Below are positions 13,320 to 27,900 of a stretch of 64,000 bases of DNA, in pieces. The stretch's first letter is position 1, and every line of letters begins with the position of its first letter. Source of the DNA: the human T2T-CHM13v2.0 reference genome, Homo sapiens; the NCBI RefSeq assembly GCF_009914755.1, contig NC_060925.1. One strand, given 5' to 3'. The translations under genes were made by a program, and so were the position numbers. The notes beneath the pieces were generated by a model, which worked only from the letters and a program-made list of their open reading frames with translations, made no database searches and had not been told where the DNA came from.

Positions 13320-14627
13320 ATGGAATCGTCATCGAATGAATTGACTGCAATCATCGAATGGTCTCGAATGGAATCATCTTCAAATGGAATGGAATGGAAT
13401 CATCGCATAGAATCGAATGGAATTATCATCGAATGGAATCGAATGGAATCAACATCAAACGGAAAAAAACGGAATTATCGAATGGAATCGAAGAGAATCA
13501 TCGAATGGACCCGAATGGAATCATCTAATGGAATGGAATGGAATAATCCATGGACTCGAATGCAATCATCATCGAATGGAATCGAATGGAATCATCGAAT
13601 GGACTCGAATGGAATAATCATTGAACGGAATCGAATGGAATCATCATCGGATGGAAATGAATGGAATCATCATCGAATGGAATCGAATAGAATTATGGAA
13701 TGAAATCCAGTGTGATCATCATCGAATGGACCCGAATGGAATCATCATCCAACGGAAGCTAATGGAATCAACATCGAATGAATCGAATGGAAACACCATC
13801 GAATTGAAACGAATGGAATTATCATGAAATTGAAATGGATGGACTCATCATCGAATGGATTCGAATGGAATCATCGAATAAAATTGATTGAAATCATCAT
13901 CAAATGGAATCGAATGGTATCATTGAATGGAATCGAATGGAATCATCATCAGATGGAAATGAATGGAATCGTCATAGAATGGAATCGAATGGATTCATTG
14001 AATGGAATCAGATGGAATCATCGAATGGACTGGAATGGAATCATTGAATGGACCCGAAAGGGATCATGATTGAATGGAATTGAATGGAATCATCGAATGG
14101 TCTCGATTGGAATCATTACCAAATGGAATCGAATGGAATCACCGAATAGAATCGAATGGAACAATCATCGAATGGACTCAAATGGAATTATCCTCAAATG
14201 GAATCGAATGGAATTATCGAATGCAATCGAATGGAATTATCGAATGCAATCGAATAGAATCATCGAATGGACTCGAATGGAATCATCGAATGGAATGGAA
14301 TGGAACAGTCAATGAACTCGAATGGAATCATCATTGAATGGAATCGAATGGAATCATCGAGTGGAATCGAATGGAATTATGATCAAATGGAATCTAATGG
14401 AATCATCATCAAATGGAATCAAAAATAACCATCATCAATTGGTATTGAATGGAATTGTCATCAAATGGAATTCAAAGGAATCATCATCAAATGGAACCGA
14501 ATGGAATCCTCATTGAATGGAAATGAAAGGGGTCATCATCTAATGGAATCGCATGGAATCATCATCAAATGGAATCGAATGGAATCATCATCAAATGGAA
14601 TCTAATGGAATCATTGAACAGAATTGA
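13320..14627 (+). repeat. 1,308-bp variant unit, B-type body (early crossover)
   Basis: An A-type leader switches to B-type at 13281-13294. Unit starts at 13320 and 14628. Confidence 0.9.
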
Positions 14628-15935
14628 ATGGAATCGTCATCGAATGAATTGAATGCAATCATCGAATGGTCTCGAATGGAATCATCTTCTAATGGAAAGG
14701 AATGGAATCATCGCATAGAATCGAATGGAATTATCATCGAATGGAATCGAATGGTATCAACACCAAACGGAAAAAAACAGAATTATCGAATGGAATCGAA
14801 GAGAATCATCGAATGGACCCGAATGGAATCATCTAATGGAATGGAATGGAATAATCCATGGACTCGAATGCAATCATCATCGAATGGAATCGAATGGAAT
14901 CATCGAATGGACTCGAATGGAATAATCATTGAACGGAATCGAATGGAATCATCATCGGATGGAAATGAATGGAATCATCATCGAATGGAATCGAATAGAA
15001 TTATGGAATGAAATCCAGTGTGATCATCATCGAATGGACCCGAATGGAATCATCATCCAACGGAAGCTAATGGAATCAACATCGAATGAATCGAATGGAA
15101 ACACCATCGAATTGAAACGAATGGAATTATCATGAAATTGAAATGGATGGACTCATCATCGAATGGATTCGAATGGAATCATCGAATAAAATTGATTGAA
15201 ATCATCATCCAATGGAATCGAATGGTATCATTGAATGGAATCGAATGGAATCATCATCAGATGGAAATGAAAGGAATCGTCATAGAATGGAATCGAATGG
15301 ATTCATTGAATGGAATCAGATGGAATCATCGAATGGACTGGAATGGAATCATTGAATGGACTCGAAAGGGATCATTATTGAATGGAAATGAATGGAATCA
15401 TCGAATGGTCTCGATTGGAATCATTACCAAATGGAATCGAATGGAATCACCGAATAGAATCGAATGGAACAATCATCGAATGGACTCAAATGGAATTATC
15501 CTCAAATGGAATCGAATGGAATTATCGAATGCAATCGAATGGAAATATCGAATGCAATCGAATAGAATCATCGAATGGACTCGAATGGAATCATCGAATG
15601 GAATGGAATGGAACAGTCAATGAACTCGAATGGAATCATCATTGAATGGAATCGAATGGAATCATCGAGTGGAATCGAATGGAATTATGATCAAATGGAA
15701 TCGAATGTAATCATCATCAAATGGAATCAAAAATAACCATCATCAATTGGTATTGAATGGAATTGTCATCAAATGGAATTCAAAGGAATCATCATCAAAT
15801 GGAACCGAATGGAATCCTCATTGAATGGAAATGAAAGGGGTCATCATCTAATGGAATCGCATGGAATCATCATCAAATGGAATCGAATGGAATCATCATC
15901 AAATGGAATCTAATGGAATCATTGAACAGAATTGA
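14628..15935 (+). repeat. 1,308-bp variant unit, A/B hybrid with mid-module crossover
   Basis: A-type through GGTATCAACACC (~14764), B-type GAGAATCATCGAATGG at 14801-14816. Unit starts at 14628 and 15936. Confidence 0.9.
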
Positions 15936-18900
15936 ATGGAATCGTCATCGAATGAATTGAATGCAATCATCGAATGGTCTCGAATGGAATCATCTTCTAA
16001 TGGAAAGGAATGGAATCATCGCATAGAATCGAATGGAATTATCATCGAATGGAATCGAATGGTATCAACACCAAACGGAAAAAAACGGAATTATCGAATG
16101 GAATCGAAGAGAATCTTCGAACGGACCCGAATGGAATCATCTAATGGAATGGAATGGAATAATCCATGGACTCGAATGCAATCATCATCGAATGGAATCG
16201 AATGGAGTCATCGAATGGACTCGAATGGAATAATCATTGAACGGAATCGAATGGAATCATCATCGGATGGAAACGAATGGAATCATCATCGAATGGAAAT
16301 GAAAGGAGTCATCATCTAATGGAATTGCATGGAATCATCATAAAATGCAATCGAATGGAATCAACATCAAATGGAATCAAATGGAATCATTGAACGGAAT
16401 TGAATGGAATCGTCATCGAATGAATTGACTGCAATCATCGAATGGTCTCGAATGGAATCATCTTCAAATGGAATGGAATGGAATCATCGCATAGAATCGA
16501 ATGGAATTATCATCAAATGGAATCGAATGGAATCAACATCAAACGGAAAAAAACGGAATTATCGTATGGAATCTAAGAGAATCATCGAATGGACCCGAAT
16601 GGAATCATCTAATGGAATGGAATGGAATAATCCATGGACTCGAATGCAATCATCATCGAATGGAATCGAATGGAATCATCGAATGGACTCGAATGGAATA
16701 ATCATTGAACGGAATCGAATGGAATCATCATCGGATGGAAATGAATGGAATCATCATCGAATGGAATCGAATAGAATTATGGAATGAAATCCAGTGTGAT
16801 CATCATCGAATGGACCCGAATGGAATCATCATCCAACGGAAGCTAATGGAATCAACATCGAATGAATCGAATGGAAACACCATCGAATTGAAACGAATGG
16901 AATTATCATGAAATTGAAATGGATGGACACAACATCGAATGGATTCGAATGGAATCATCGAATAAAATTGATTGAAATCATCATCCAATGGAATCGAATG
17001 GTATCATTGAATGGAATCGAATGGAATCATCATCAGATGGAAATGAATGGAATCGTCATGGAATGGAATCGAATGGATTCATTGAATGGAATCAGATGGA
17101 ATCATCGAATGGACTGGAATGGAATCATTGAATGGACTCGAAAGGGATCATTATTGAATGGAATTGAATGGAATCATCGAATGGTCTCGATTGGAATCAT
17201 TACCAAATGGAATCGAATGGAATCACCGAATAGAATCGAATGGAACAATCATCGAATGGACTCAAATGGAATTATCCTCCAATGGAATCGAATGGAATTA
17301 TCGAATGCAATCGAATGGAATTATCGAATGCAATCGAATAGAATCATCGAATGGACTCGAATGGAATCATCGAATGGAATGGAATGGAACAGTCAATGAA
17401 CTCGAATGGAATCATCATTGAATGGAATCGAATGGAATCATCGAGTGGAATCGAATGGAATTATGATCAAATGGAATCGAATGTAATCATCATCAAATGG
17501 AATCAAAAATAACCATCATCAATTGGTATTGAATGGAATTGTCATCAAATGGAATTCAAAGGAATCATCATCAAATGGAACCGAATGGAATCCTCATTGA
17601 ATGGAAATGAAAGGGGTCATCATCTAATGGAATCGCATGGAATCATCATCAAATGGAATCGAATGGAATCATCATCAAATGGAATCTAATGGAATCATTG
17701 AACAGAATTGAATGGAATCGTCATCGAATGAATTGAATGCAATCATCGAATGGTCTCGAATGGAATCATCTTCTAATGGAAAGGAATGGAATCATCGCAT
17801 AGAATCGAATGGAATTATCATCGAATGGAATCGAATGGTATCCACACCAAACGGAAAAAAACGGAATTATCGAATGGAATCGAAGAGAATCTTCGAACGG
17901 ACCCGAATGGAATCATCTAATGGAATGGAATGGAATAATCCATGGACTCGAATGCAATCATCATCGAATGGAATGGAATGGAATCATCGAATGGACTCGA
18001 ATGGAATAATCATTGAACGGAATCGAATGGAATCATCATCGGATGGAAATGAATGGAATCATCATCGAATGGAAATGAAAGGAGTCATCATCTAATGGAA
18101 TTGCATGGAATCATCATAAAATGGAATCGAATGGAATCAACCTCAAATGGAATCAAATGGAATCATTGAACGGAATTGAATGGAATCGTCATCGAATGAA
18201 TTGACTGCAATCATCGAATGGTCTCGAATGGAATCATCTTCAAATGGAATGGAATGGAATCATCGCATAGAATCGAATGGAATTATCATCGAATGGAATC
18301 GAATGGAATCAACATCAAACGGAAAAAAACGGAATTATCGAATGGAATCGAAGAGAATCATCGAATGGACCCGAATGGAATCATCTAATGGAATGGAATG
18401 GAATAATCCATGGACTCGAATGCAATCATCATCGAATGGAATCGAATGGAATCATCGAATGGACTCGAATGGAATAATCATTGAACGGAATCGAATGGAA
18501 TCATCATCGGATGGAAATGAATGGAATCATCATCGAATGGAATCGAATAGAATTATGGAATGAAATCCAGTGTGATCATCATCGAATGGACCCGAATGGA
18601 ATCATCATCCAACGGAAGCTAATGGAATCAACATCGAATGAATCGAATGGAAACACCATCGAATTGAAACGAATGGAATTATCATGAAATTGAAATGGAT
18701 GGACTCATCATCGAATGGATTCGAATGGAATCATCGAATAAAATTGATTGAAATCATCATCCAATGGAATCGAATGGTATCATTGAATGGAAACGAATGG
18801 AATCATCATCAGATGGAAATGAATGGAATCGTCATAGAATGGAATCGAATGGATTCATTGAATGGAATCAGATGGAATCATCGAATGGACTGGAATGGAA

Positions 18901-21900
18901 TCATTGAATGGACTCGAAAGGGATCATGATTGAATGGAATTGAATGGAATCATCGAATGGTCTCGATTGGAATCATTATCAAATGGAATCGAATGGAATC
19001 ACCGAATAGAATGGAATGGAACAATCATCGAATGGACTCAAATGGAATTATCCTCCAATGGAATCGAATGGAATTATCGAATGCAATCGAATGGAATTAT
19101 CGAATGCAATCGAATAGAATCATCGAATGGACTCGAATGGAATCATCGAATGGAATGGAATGGAACAGTCAATGAACTCGAATGGAATCATCATTGAATG
19201 GAATCGAATGGAATCATCGAGTGGAATCGAATGGAATTATGATCAAATGGAATCGAATGTAATCATCATCAAATGGAATCAAAAATAACCATCATCAATT
19301 GGTATTGAATGGAATTGTCATCAAATGGAATTCAAAGGAATCATCATCAAATGGAACCGAATGGAATCCTCATTGAATGGAAATGAAAGGGGTCATCATC
19401 TAATGGAATCGCATGGAATCATCATCAAATGGAATCGAATGGAATCATCATCAAATGGAATCTAATGGAATCATTGAACAGAATTGAATGGAATCGTCAT
19501 CGAATGAATTGAATGCAATCATCGAATGGTCTCGAATGGAATCATCTTCTAATGGAAAGGAATGGAATCATCGCATAGAATCGAATGGAATTATCATCGA
19601 ATGGAATCGAATGGTATCAACACCAAACGGAAAAAAATGGAATTATCGAATGGAATCGAAGAGAATCTTCGAACGGACCCGAATGGAATCATCTAAAGGA
19701 ATGGAATGGAATAATCCATGGACTCGAATGCAATCATCATCGAATGGAATCGAATGGAATCATCGAATGGACTCGAATGGAATAATCATTGAACGGAATC
19801 GAATGGAATCATCATCGGATGGAAATGAATGGAATCATCATCGAATGGAAATGAAAGGAGTCATCATCTAATGGAATTGCATGGAATCATCATAAAATGG
19901 AATCGAATGGAATCAACCTCAAATGGAATCAAATGGAATCATTGAACGGAATTGAATGGAATCGTCATCGAATGAATTGACTGCAATCATCGAATGGTCT
20001 CGAATGGAATCATCTTCAAATGGAATGGAATGGAATCATCGCATAGAATCGAATGGAATTATCATCGAATGGAATCGAATGGAATCAACATCAAACGGAA
20101 AAAAACGGAATTATCAAATGGAATCGAAGAGAATCATCGAATGGACCCGAATGGAATCATCTAATGGAATGGAATGGAATAATCCATGGACTCGAATGCA
20201 ATCATCATCGAATGGAATCGAATGGAATCATCGAATGGACTCGAATGGAATAATCATTGAACGGAATCGAATGGAATCATCATCGGATGGAAATGAATGG
20301 AATCATCATCGAATGGAATCGAATAGAATTATGGAATGAAATCCAGTGTGATCATCATCGAATGGACCCGAATGGAATCATCATCCAACGGAAGCTAATG
20401 GAATCAACATCGAATGAATCGAATGGAAACACCATCGAATTGAAACGAATGAAATTATCATGAAATTGAAATGGATGGACTCATCATCGAATGGATTCGA
20501 ATGGAATCATCGAATAAAATTGATTGAAATCATCATCCAATGGAATCGAATGGTATCATTGAATGGAATCGAATGGAATCATCATCAGATGGAAATGAAT
20601 GGAATCGTCATAGAATGGAATCGAATGGATTCATTGAATGGAATCAGATGGAATCATCGAATGGACTGGAATGGAATCATTGAATGGACTCGAAAGGGAT
20701 CATGATTGAATGGAATTGAATGGAATCATCGAATGGTCTCGATTGGAATCATTATCAAATGGAATCGAATGGAATCACCGAATAGAATCGAATGGAACAA
20801 TCATCGAATGGACTCAAATGGAATTATCCTCAAGTGGAATCGAATGGAATTATCGAATGCAATCGAATGGAATTATCGAATGCAATCGAATAGAATCATC
20901 GAATGGACTCGAATGGAATCATCGAATGGAATGGAATGGAACAGTCAATGAACTCGAATGGAATCATCATTGAATGGAATCGAATGGAATCATCGAGTGG
21001 AATCGAATGGAATTATGATCAAATGGAATCGAATGTAATCATCATCAAATGGAATCAAAAATAACCATCATCAATTGGTATTGAATGGAATTGTCATCAA
21101 ATGGAATTCAAAGGAATCATCATCAAATGGAACCGAATGGAATCCTCATTGAATGGAAATGAAAGGGGTCATCATCTAATGGAATCGCATGGAATCATCA
21201 TCAAATGGAATCGAATGGAATCATCATCAAATGGAATCTAATGGAATCATTGAACAGAATTGAATGGAATCGTCATCGAATGAATTGAATGCAATCATCG
21301 AATGGTCTCGAATGGAATCATCTTCTAATGGAAAGGAATGGAATCATCGCATAGAATCGAATGGAATTATCATCGAATGGAATCGAATGGTATCAACACC
21401 AAACGGAAAAAAACGGAATTATCGAATGGAATCGAAGAGAATCTTCGAACGGACCCGAATGGAATCATCTAATGGAATGGAATGGAATAATCCATGGACT
21501 CGAATGCAATCATCATCGAATGGAATGGAATGGAATCATCGAAAGGACTCGAATGGAATAATCATTGAACGGAATCGAATGGAATCATCATCGGATGGAA
21601 ACGAATGGAATCATCATCGAATGGAAATGAAAGGAGTCATCATCTAATGGAATTGCATGGAATCATCATAAAATGGAATCGAATGGAATCAACATCAAAT
21701 GGAATCAAATGGAATCATTGAACGGAATTGAATGGAATCGTCATCGAATGAATTGACTGCAATCATCGAATGGTCTCGAATGGAATCATCTTCAAATGGA
21801 ATGGAATGGAATCATCGCATAGAATCGAATGGAATTATCATCGAATGGAATCGAATGGAATCAACATCAAACGGAAAAAAACAGAATTATCGTAAGGAAT

Positions 21901-24900
21901 CGAAGAGAATCATCGAATGGACCCGAATGGAATCATCTAATGGAATGGAATGGAATAATCCATGGACTCGAATGCAATCATCATCGAATGGAATCGAATG
22001 GAATCATCGAATGGACTCGAATGGAATAATCATTGAACGGAATCGAATGGAATCATCATCGGATGGAAATGAATGGAATCATCATCGAATGGAATCGAAT
22101 AGAATTATGGAATGAAATCCAGTGTGATCATCATCGAATGGACCCGAATGGAATCATGATCCAACGGAAGCTAATGGAATCAACATCGAATGAATCGAAT
22201 GGAAACACCATCGAATTGAAACGAATGGAATTATCATGAAATTGAAATGGATGGACTCATCATCGAATGGATTCGAATGGAATCATCGAATAAAATTGAT
22301 TGAAATCATCATCGAATGAAATCGAATGGTATCATTGAATGGAATCGAATGGAATCATCATCAGATGGAAATGAATGGAATCGACATAGAATGGAATCGA
22401 ATGGATTCATTGAATGGAATCAGATGGAATCATCGAATGGACTGGAATGGAATCATTGAATGGACTCGAAAGGGATCATGATTGAATGGAATTGAATGGA
22501 ATCATCGAATGGTCTCGATTGGAATCATTATCAAATGGAATCGAATGGAATCACCGAATAGAATCGAATGGAACAATCATCGAATGGACTCAAATGGAAT
22601 TATCCTCAAATGGAATCGAATGGAATTATCGAATGCAATCGAATGGAATTATCGAATGCAATCGAATAGAATCATCGAATGGACTCGAATGGAATCATCG
22701 AATGGAATGGAATGGAACAGTCAATGAACTCGAATGGAATCATCATTGAATGGAATCGAATGGAATCATCGAGTGGAATCGAATGGAATTATGATCAAAT
22801 GGAATCGAATGTAATCATCATCAAATGGAATCAAAAATAACCATCATCAATTGGTATTGAATGGAATTGTCATCAAATGGAATTCAAAGGAATCATCATC
22901 AAATGGAACCGAATGGAATCCTCATTGAATGGAAATGAAAGGGGTCATCATCTAATGGAATCGCATGGAATCATCATCAAATGGAATCGAATGGAATCAT
23001 CATCAAATGGAATCTAATGGAATCATTGAACAGAATTGAATGGAATCGTCATCGAATGAATTGAATGCAATCATCGAATGGTCTCGAATGGAATCATCTT
23101 CTAATGGAAAGGAATGGAATCATCGCATAGAATCGAATGGAATTATCATCGAATGGAATCGAATGGTATCAACACCAAACGGAAAAAAACGGAATTATCG
23201 AATGGAATCGAAGAGAATCTTCGAACGGACCCGAATGGAATCATCTAATGGAATGGAATGGAATAATCCATGGACTCGAATGCAATCATCATCGAATGGA
23301 ATCGAATGGAATCATCGAATGGACTCGAATGGAATAATCATTGAACGGAATCGAATGGAATCATCATCGGATGGAAATGAATGGAATCATCATCGAATGG
23401 AAATGAAAGGAGTCATCATCTAATGGAATTGCATGGAATCATCATAAAATGGAATCGAATGGAATCAACCTCAAATGGAATCAAATGGAATCATTGAACG
23501 GAATTGAATGGAATCGTCATCGAATGAATTGACTGCAATCATCGAATGGTCTCGAATGGAATCATCTTCAAATGGAATGGAATGGAATCATCGCATAGAA
23601 TCGAATGGAATTATCATCGAATGGAATCGAATGGAATCAACATCAAACGGAAAAAAACGGAATTATCGAATGGAATCGAAGAGAATCATCGAATGGACCC
23701 GAATGGAATCATCTAATGGAATGGAATGGAATAATCCATGGACTCGAATGCAATCATCATCGAATGGAATCGAATGGAATCATCGAATGGACTCGAATGG
23801 AATAATCATTGAACGGAATCGAATGGAATCATCATCGGATGGAAATGAATGGAATCATCATCGAATGGAATCGAATAGAATTATGGAATGAAATCCAGTG
23901 TGATCATCATCGAATGGACCCGAATGGAATCATCATCCAACGGAAGCTAATGGAATCAACATCGAATGAATCGAATGGAAACACCATCGAATTGAAACGA
24001 ATGGAATTATCATGAAATTGAAATGGATGGACTCATCATCGAATGGATTCGAATGGAATCATCGAATAAAATTGATTGAAATCATCATCCAATGGAATCG
24101 AATGGTATCATTGAATGGAATCGAATGGAATCATCATCAGATGGAAATGAATGGAATCGTCATAGAATGGAATCGAATGGATTCATTGAATGGAATCAGA
24201 TGGAATCATCGAATGGACTGGAATGGAATCATTGAATGGACTCGAAAGGGATCATGATTGAATGGAATTGAATGGAATCATCGAATGGTCTCGATTGGAA
24301 TCATTATCAAATGGAATCGAATGGAATCACCGAATAGAATCGAATGGAACAATCATCGAATGGACTCAAATGGAATTATCCTCCAATGGAATCGAATGGA
24401 ATTATCGAATGCAATCGAATGGAATTATCGAATGCAATCGAATAGAATCATCGAATGGACTCGAATGGAATCATCGAATGGAATGGAATGGAACAGTCAA
24501 TGAACTCGAATGGAATCATCATTGAATGGAATCGAATGGAATCATCGAGTGGAATCGAATGGAATTATGATCAAATGGAATCGAATGTAATCATCATCAA
24601 ATGGAATCAAAAATAACCATCATCAATTGGTATTGAATGGAATTGTCATCAAATGGAATTCAAAGGAATCATCATCAAATGGAACCGAATGGAATCCTCA
24701 TTGAATGGAAATGAAAGGGGTCATCATCTAATGGAATCGCATGGAATCATCATCAAATGGAATCGAATGGAATCATCATCAAATGGAATCTAATGGAATC
24801 ATTGAACAGAATTGAATGGAATCGTCATCGAATGAATTGAATGCAATCATCGAATGGTCTCGAATGGAATCATCTTCTAATGGAAAGGAATGGAATCATC

Positions 24901-27900
24901 GCATAGAATCGAATGGAATTATCATCGAATGGAATCGAATGGTATCAACACCAAACGGAAAAATACGGAATTATCGAATGGAATCGAAGAGAATCTTCGA
25001 ACGGACCCAAATGGAATCATCTAATGGAATGGAATGGAATAATCCATGGACTCGAATGCAATCATCATCGAATGGAATGGAATGGAATCATCGAATGGAC
25101 TCGAATGGAATAATAATTGAACGGAATCGAATGGAATCATCATCGGATGGAAACGAATGGAATCATCATCGAATGGAAATGAAAGGAGTCATCATCTAAT
25201 GGAATTGCATGGAATCATCATAAAATGGAATCGAATGGAATCAACATCAAATGGAATCAAATGGAATCATTGAACGGAATTGAATGGAATCGTCATCGAA
25301 TGAATTGACTGCAATCATCGAATGGTCTCGAATGGAATCATCTTCAAATGGAATGGAATGGAATCATCGCATAGAATCGAATGGAATTATCATCGAATGG
25401 AATCGAATGGAATCAACATCAAACGGAAAAAAACGGAATTATCGAATGGAATTGAAGAGAATCATCGAATGGACCCGAATGGAATCATCTAATGGAATGG
25501 AATGGAATAATCCATGGACTCGAATGCAATCATCATCGAATGGAATCGAATGGAATCATCGAATGGACTCGAATGGAATAATCATTGAACGGAATCGAAT
25601 GGAATCATCATCGGATGGAAATGAATGGAATCATCATCGAATGGAATCGAATATAATTATGGAATGAAATCCAGTGTGATCATCATCGAATGGACCCGAA
25701 TGGAATCATCATCCAACGGAAGCTAATGGAATCAACATCGAATGAATCGAATGGAAACACCATCGAATTGAAACGAATGGAATTATCATGAAATTGAAAT
25801 GGATGGACTCATCATCGAATGGATTCGAATGGAATCATCGAATAAAATTGATTGAAATCATCATCCAATGGAATCGAATGGTATCATTGAATGGAAACGA
25901 ATGGAATCATCATCAGATGGAAATGAATGGAATCGTCATAGAATGGAATCGAATGGATTCATTGAATGGAATCAGATGGAATCATCGAATGGACTGGAAT
26001 GGAATCATTGAATGGACTCGAAAGGGATCATGATTGAATGGAATTGAATGGAATCATCGAATGGTCTCGATTGGAATCATTATCAAATGGAATCGAATGG
26101 AATCACCGAATACAATCGAATGGAACAATCATCGAATGGACTCAAATGGAATTATCCTCCAATGGAATCGAATGGAATTATCGAATGCAATCGAATGGAA
26201 TTATCGAATGCAATCGAATAGAATCATCGAATGGACTCGAATGGAATCATCGAATGGAATGGAATGGAACAGTCAATGAACTCGAATGGAATCATCATTG
26301 AATGGAATCGAATGGAATCATCGAGTGGAATCGAATGGAATTATGATCAAATGGAATCGAATGTAATCATCATCAAATGGAATCAAAAATAACCATCATC
26401 AATTGGTATTGAATGGAATTGTCATCAAATGGAATTCAAAGGAATCATCATCAAATGGAACCGAATGGAATCCTCATTGAATGGAAATGAAAGGGGTCAT
26501 CATCTAATGGAATCGCATGGAATCATCATCAAATGGAATCGAATGGAATCATCATCAAATGGAATCTAATGGAATCATTGAACAGAATTGAATGGAATCG
26601 TCATCGAATGAATTGAATGCAATCATCGAATGGTCTCGAATGGAATCATCTTCTAATGGAAAGGAATGGAATCATCGCATAGAATCGAATGGAATTATCA
26701 TCGAATGGAATCAAATGGTATCAACACCAAACGGAAAAAAACGGAATTATCGAATGGAATCGAAGAGAATCTTCGAACGGACCCGAATGGAATCATCTAA
26801 TGGAATGGAATGGAATAATCCATGGACTCGAATGCAATCATCATCGAATGGAATGGAATGGAATCATCGAATGGACTCGAATGGAATAATCATTGAACGG
26901 AATCGAATGGAATCATCATCGGATGGAAACGAATGGAATCATCATCGAATGGAAATGAAAGGAGTCATCATCTAATGGAATTGCATGGAATCATCATAAA
27001 ATGGAATCGAATGGAATCAACATCAAATGGAATCAAATGGAATCATTGAACGGAATTGAATGGAATCGTCATCGAATGAATTGACTGCAATCATCGAATG
27101 GTCTCGAATGGAATCATCTTCAAATGGAATGGAATGGAATCATCGCATAGAATCGAATGGAATTATCATCGAATGGAATCGAATGGAATCAACATCAAAT
27201 GGAAAAAAACGGAATTATCGAATGGAATCGAAGAGAATCATCGAATGGACCCGAATGGAATCATCTAATGGAATGGAATGGAATAATCCATGGACTCGAA
27301 TGCAATCATCATCGAATGGAATCGAATGGAATCATCGAATGGACTCGAATGGAATAATCATTGAACGGAATCGAATGGAATCATCATCGGATGGAAATGA
27401 ATGGAATCATCATCGAATGGAATCGAATAGAATTATGGAATGAAATCCAGTGTGATCATCATCGAATGGACCCGAATGGAATCATCATCCAACGGAAGCT
27501 AATGGAATCAACATCGAATGAATCGAATGGAAACACCATCGAATTGAAACGAATGGAATTATCATGAAATTGAAATGGATGGACTCATCATCGAATGGAT
27601 TCGAATGGAATCATCGAATAAAATTGATTGAAATCATCATCGAATGGAATCGAATGGTATCATTGAATGGAATCGAATGGAATCATCATCAGATGGAAAT
27701 GAATGGAATCGTCATAGAATGGAATCGAATGGATTCATTGAATGGAATCAGATGGAATCATCGAATGGACTGGAATGGAATCATTGAATGGACTCGAAAG
27801 GGATCATGATTGAATGGAATTGAATGGAATCATCGAATGGTCTCGATTGGAATCATTATCAAATGGAATCGAATGGAATCACCGAATAGAATCGAATGGA

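Noticed and set aside
16803-16988. The single minus-strand ORF (61 aa)
   Set aside because: It exists only because one private substitution (ACAACATCG near 16931) removes a stop; the sequence is ordinary satellite.
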